Assembly (NCBI GenBank): GCA_020636955.1
Contig: JACJWY010000010.1
Coordinates: forward strand, 20,716-84,715
Origin: Thermoleophilales bacterium
GTDB taxonomy: Bacteria; Actinomycetota; Thermoleophilia; Solirubrobacterales; 70-9
Direction: 5' to 3'
DNA: 64,000 bases
A program made the position numbers and the translations under genes. The notes beneath the pieces were generated by a model that was not told the DNA's origin, ran no database searches, and worked only from the letters and a program-made list of their open reading frames with translations. How positions within the stretch are numbered: the stretch's first letter is position 1; the number at the start of each line of letters is the position of its first letter. Positions 60,500 through 64,000 of the stretch are shown here, piece by piece.

Positions 60500-61344
60500 C
60501 CGCGATTTCCCCCGGTGAGGATCTGCAGGATGTCAAGGTTCCGGAGATCGGCAAAGGGCCGGAGCTCGACCGACTGAATCGCCTCCCGCTCGTCGATCGG
60601 CGCCCTGGTGATCTCTCCGATCGGCAGGCCACGCGGATAAAGAGACGAAAGTCCGTCCCCTCTCCACCCTGAGGTGACCACGGTCTGGCCGCTGGTCACG
60701 TTCTTGGTTTCATCGAGGAACTCGAGGACGAGCGTCTGGGGGTCGCCCACCTTGGCCCGGACCACACCTTGCGCCCCGCCGGGAAGGACCATGGCGCTGA
60801 CCGCACTGGAGCTGTCGGAGATCAGGCTGACCACGGATCCCGACCCGCTGACCGAACTGATCCGCCCGACCAGACCGTCCCCGCTGATTACCGGATCGTT
60901 GACTTCGACGCCATCCGAAGATCCGGCATTGACGCTGACCGTCGTGTACCAGACGGTCGGCGAGCGGCCAACGACGTTCACGGTCACCGGGTCGTACGCG
61001 TCCGGGATCTTTCCGTTTTCCTTGAGATCGACCAGCTTTCGCAACTGACGGTTGTCTTCAAGCGCGACCTGACCGGCGACGGCTTCCCCCCGGGCCTGCT
61101 CGAGTTCTTTCTGCAGTCGGTCCCGTTCGCCACGGGCATCCATGGTTTCGTCAAACCAGTTGACCAGATCACGGGCTGGCTTCAGGGCCCGTGACGCAGC
61201 GTTGGTGATCGGATCGAAAATTGTGCCCACCGCACCTCCGACCCCGCCGGAGCCGCTCCCGAAGGTGAAAGTGAGCAGCACGAAGGCCAGCACTATCAGG
61301 CCGATAAGAACGGCTCTGCGACGTCGGACTTGCTTGCGGTACAC
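60496..61344 (-). CDS. mreC: Rod shape-determining protein MreC
   Basis: TM segment, then a coiled-coil (RDRLQKELEQARGEA), then beta-barrel domains (GLVGRISSVSGSGSVVSLISDSSSAVSA). GTG start at 61344. Confidence 0.88.
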   Translation of the reverse strand: MYRKQVRRRRAVLIGLIVLAFVLLTFTFGSGSGGVGGAVGTIFDPITNAASRALKPARDLVNWFDETMDARGERDRLQKELEQARGEAVAGQVALEDNRQLRKLVDLKENGKIPDAYDPVTVNVVGRSPTVWYTTVSVNAGSSDGVEVNDPVISGDGLVGRISSVSGSGSVVSLISDSSSAVSAMVLPGGAQGVVRAKVGDPQTLVLEFLDETKNVTSGQTVVTSGWRGDGLSSLYPRGLPIGEITRAPIDEREAIQSVELRPFADLRNLDILQILTGGNRG

Positions 61345-61515
61345 GTTGGTCTCGGGCTTTGTGGGAAGGAGGGGCGAAGCTCGGATGCAAAGGCCAATCG
61401 CCCCGGACAGGCGACTCTCTCATTTCCACGGGAGGGCCGCACACCCGGAGGGCTGGCTGCGGGAAGGATTGCAGCCTTTCACGGTCTCAAAGCGGACCAC
61501 CGGGTTGCCGGCCCG

Positions 61516-63000
61516 CTACCCGGCCTTGATCCGGATCCTGGCGGTGACTGTTGCTGCGTTGGAGCCGTCAGCACGGAAAAGAGCGCCGAGTTTCCTGACT
61601 TTCCCCGATCCCCGGTCATAAGACTTCGGTCTGATGGCTCCAAGCCTGAAGTTCACTTGTCTGGAGGAACCGGCCGCGATGGATCCGGCCGGTACGCAGT
61701 GAGGCTTGTCGATCCACAACTTCCCGACCGACTTCCGCGGCAACAGCCCGCAGACCCTGACCTTGTGCGCCCGCCCTCCCCCGACGTTCTTGACCGCGAG
61801 CCGGACCTTTACAAACCCGCGCCGCCGGGCCGTTCTTCCGCCCGATACCCGAGCGTGAATCTTCAATCTGGGGGGCTTCAACCCGGGCCGATCCGAATGC
61901 GGGGTCCGGCCCAGCGGCCCCAGTTCGAGGAAGCGGGCCCCGATGTGGACCGGACCATCGATCTTCACCGTACATCTGGTCGAGTCGGGGCACGGACCCT
62001 CCCATCCGATGAAGCGCCAGCCGGTCGCCGGAAATGGATCCAGCGTAACGTCGGTGTTCTCTGCAAACTTCGCCGAACATCGCGCGCCGCAATCGATGCC
62101 GGTCGGAGTTGATCTGACTGCACCGAGCCCCCTGGTCTCGACGGTCATTTCCCGAAACGGGCCCAGATATTCGATACAGGAAGATCGATCGTCCGGTGCC
62201 TTGACAACCGTTTTTTCGTCAGGTCCGCCTCCGGCTTCAGCGGAACCCATCTCGAACCCGGCGCCGGTAATCCATTCCCCCGTCGGGCAGCTGGCCCTCA
62301 CGAAACCCGGATCCCGGCTTTGCGTAGCCGAGTAGTCGAATCCGAGGTCCGGTCGGTTGATTCCATCGCCCGGGAAGAAAAGCCGAAGGGCCTGCATGGC
62401 GCTGCCGGAGGGCAACGTTGGCAAGGAGAGCAGCAATTCGTGCTCCTTCCATACCCCTCCGATCGAGAACCCGAAATGGCCCAGTGCCGAATAGGCGTAA
62501 ATCCTGATCGTCGGCTGGCCGCTTCCGTCCTTGCCCGAGTAGAAGAGGATCGCGTTCAGGTCGGTCAGTGGAGCGGACGCGAATCCGCCAAGAAAAATGG
62601 AGGCAGTTCCCGTCCCGACCACTGAATCAGCGCAGGAAGCGAGAATCGTTGCCGGGTCTGAATATGTCGGGTTGTCCAGCAACGCTGGCTCGGAGCATTC
62701 GGCCAGCGCCTCACCGGGGACCGCCACCAGCCCGTCTGGCAGGGCGACGGCTATCTCCTCGGCCGGCGACACCCTGGACCGCCCCGCGCCAGGGGAGACG
62801 CCGAGCAGCAGGTCAAACCGAACGGGCCTTGGAGTGTCTTCAAGGATGGTGTCGTCAGGAGTGATGCGAGCCGAAACACCGACGGATTCCGCCGCGCATG
62901 CCCCGCTGCCCCCGGCCACCAGACCGACGAACCCGATCACCACACAGACCGCGAAATACCCCCACGATCGCCTAGACCCCAGACCGTGACTTGAATCCAT
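61516..63000 (-). CDS. Secreted protein with a divergent InlB B-repeat-like domain and a basic CARDB-like C-terminal domain
   Basis: TM/signal segment is YFAVCVVIGFVGLVAGG. The segment GIDCGARCSAKFAENTDVTLDPFPATGWRFIGWEGPCPDSTRCTVKI fits the divergent InlB B-repeat pattern. The C-terminus is VKVRLAVKNVGGGRAHKVRVC... Confidence 0.65.
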   Translation of the reverse strand: MDSSHGLGSRRSWGYFAVCVVIGFVGLVAGGSGACAAESVGVSARITPDDTILEDTPRPVRFDLLLGVSPGAGRSRVSPAEEIAVALPDGLVAVPGEALAECSEPALLDNPTYSDPATILASCADSVVGTGTASIFLGGFASAPLTDLNAILFYSGKDGSGQPTIRIYAYSALGHFGFSIGGVWKEHELLLSLPTLPSGSAMQALRLFFPGDGINRPDLGFDYSATQSRDPGFVRASCPTGEWITGAGFEMGSAEAGGGPDEKTVVKAPDDRSSCIEYLGPFREMTVETRGLGAVRSTPTGIDCGARCSAKFAENTDVTLDPFPATGWRFIGWEGPCPDSTRCTVKIDGPVHIGARFLELGPLGRTPHSDRPGLKPPRLKIHARVSGGRTARRRGFVKVRLAVKNVGGGRAHKVRVCGLLPRKSVGKLWIDKPHCVPAGSIAAGSSRQVNFRLGAIRPKSYDRGSGKVRKLGALFRADGSNAATVTARIRIKAG

Positions 63001-63008
63001 TCAACGAT

Positions 63009-63014
63009 AGAATA
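63009..63014 (-). promoter_or_regulatory. Candidate -10 hexamer TATTCT, 8 nt upstream of ATG 63000
   Basis: The minus strand reads GCGGTTATTCTATCGTTGAATG. Confidence 0.3.
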
Positions 63015-63097
63015 ACCGCGATTCGGCCAAGGAATGCCCCGAATCGGGTCGATCGGAGAGGCTCCCCGGGAGCCGTCTGCGGGGTGGGAGGAGCACG

Positions 63098-64000
63098 GTG
63101 TCTGAAAAAGGCGGCCGCGTGACCGCGCTAACGCGGCGAAAGCTATTGAAGCGGGCTGGCATCTACGGAGCCGCTCTCGGCATCGCCGGGATGGTCAAGA
63201 CCGCCGATCAATTGGGCGCACGGTCGGTGTCGGAGCCAAAGTTCCCTTACCTGACGGGATTCAATGATGACTTTGTCTCGTACAGCAAGTCCGGTTTCGC
63301 ATCCGCGACCCTGGATCGGGTCAAGTCCTGCGCCGGACGATGCATCCGCTTCCCCGTCGATTGGGGAGATGTCCAGCAAGAGAGCCGGACCAGCTTCAAC
63401 TGGTCTTCCTATGACCCGATATTCGGCCAGGCTCTGGCTGCCGGAGTCCAGCTTTTGCCGGTCATTCTGGGCTGCCCGGAGTGGGCCAATCCGGTGGTCA
63501 CTGCCGCTCGCCGGGACGATCTCGACCCTCCGTACCCGGCGGATATTTACCGGACCTGCAGTCCTTCCTTTGACTTTGCGTTCGCCGATTTCGTCGATCA
63601 GACCCTTCGCCATTTCGACTTCTTCTCGAAGCAGCACGGGTACCCGACGGTCGTATCCGGCGCGGAAATTCTCAACGAACCGAACCTCTGGAGCTTCGGT
63701 GCCGTGCCGGCAGCACGGGTTTTCCAGCTGACCTCGGCCAGCGCAGCAAAAGTGGCTGCCAGTCAGGCAGCGGGAGCCTATTCGGGGAAGATGCGAGTCA
63801 TTTCCGGCGGGCCGGCGCCGGTCCTTGGCATCGGACCCGATAACCCGAAGGGGTATCCGCCCCGACCTTCGTGGCAACGGTACCTGGGCGATCTGGTCAA
63901 GAGCGGTCCGGTGAACTTCGACGTCGGCTTCCATTCCTACGAAACTTCGAAGCCGCCGGACGAAATCCTGACGATCCCCGAAGACAACCCTTCGGATCCG
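63098..64000 (+). CDS. Tat-signal secreted glycoside-hydrolase-like protein (GH5-like TIM barrel); 3' end runs off the window
   Basis: Absent from the ORF track because it has no in-window stop. GGGAGGAG lies 6 nt before GTG 63098. Hand translation gives VSEKGGRVTALTRRKLLKRAGIYGAALGIAG (twin-arginine motif TRRKLLK). The protein continues to ...GAEILNEPNLW (NEP acid/base-type motif). It is open for 301 codons to 64000. Confidence 0.7.
   Translation, partial: MSEKGGRVTALTRRKLLKRAGIYGAALGIAGMVKTADQLGARSVSEPKFPYLTGFNDDFVSYSKSGFASATLDRVKSCAGRCIRFPVDWGDVQQESRTSFNWSSYDPIFGQALAAGVQLLPVILGCPEWANPVVTAARRDDLDPPYPADIYRTCSPSFDFAFADFVDQTLRHFDFFSKQHGYPTVVSGAEILNEPNLWSFGAVPAARVFQLTSASAAKVAASQAAGAYSGKMRVISGGPAPVLGIGPDNPKGYPPRPSWQRYLGDLVKSGPVNFDVGFHSYETSKPPDEILTIPEDNPSDP

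Noticed and set aside
63143-63934. 263-aa minus-strand ORF at the right edge
   Set aside because: It is antisense to the open plus-strand frame, which has an RBS, a twin-arginine signal and an NEP motif. The plus-strand frame is far more protein-like.
1-64000. Defence systems, toxin-antitoxin pairs, prophage, transposases, integrases, retron or DGR reverse transcriptases, CRISPR arrays
   Set aside because: No translation in the ORF track or in my hand-checked gaps shows the corresponding signatures. These include RT YxDD, DDE/HUH, tyrosine or serine recombinase motifs, nuclease/ATPase defence pairs, and repeat-spacer arrays. Absence is judged by eye only and should be confirmed with HMM tools.

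Overview
GC-rich bacterial chromosomal window with about 62 protein genes and one tRNA. About 85% of genes are on the minus strand, packed into long operons with overlapping stop and start codons. Content is overwhelmingly housekeeping: lipoprotein-hisIE-trpEGDC-(htrA)-trpFBA-pfkA; era-ybeY-phoH-yqeY-murI-prmA-dnaJ-hrcA; lepA; murJ; rpsT; holA-comEC-comEA; leuS; rsfS-nadD-proA; proB-obg; rpmA-rplU-rne/rng; rodA-mrdA-mreD-mreC. The gene order mirrors the Bacillus yqe/comE/lepA/hrcA/era and mre/rplU/obg blocks, but in a high-GC genome that appears rich in leaderless mRNAs. From this I infer a deep-branching Actinomycetota-like monoderm (inference only). Two edge-truncated genes are missing from the supplied ORF track and were found by hand translation: an RTX-like calcium-binding repeat protein (1..2150, minus) and a Tat-signal glycoside-hydrolase-like protein (63098..64000, plus). 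A 59-aa membrane ORF (4259..4438) and tRNA-Ala(GGC) (41352..41424) were also added. I see no CRISPR, transposase, integrase, phage, toxin-antitoxin or recognisable defence genes, and cannot point to a clear new system. The candidates most worth follow-up are: (1) a basic, Cys-pair C-terminal module shared by three, possibly four, secreted proteins in the window; (2) two secreted-protein cassettes wedged into normally contiguous housekeeping blocks, namely a tandem ELWxxDGT-repeat pair between proA and proB, and a 908-aa surface protein plus a Wzy_C/O-antigen-ligase-like protein fused upstream of obg; (3) a dispersed structured palindromic repeat with two copies, one beside tRNA-Ala; (4) an 18-bp perfect long-range inverted repeat bracketing the hrcA leader where a canonical CIRCE is absent; (5) htrA with its own promoter and phased direct repeats embedded in the trp operon. 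Many start codons were moved inward from the longest ORF, guided by conserved N-termini and by TANNNT hexamers 6-9 nt upstream.
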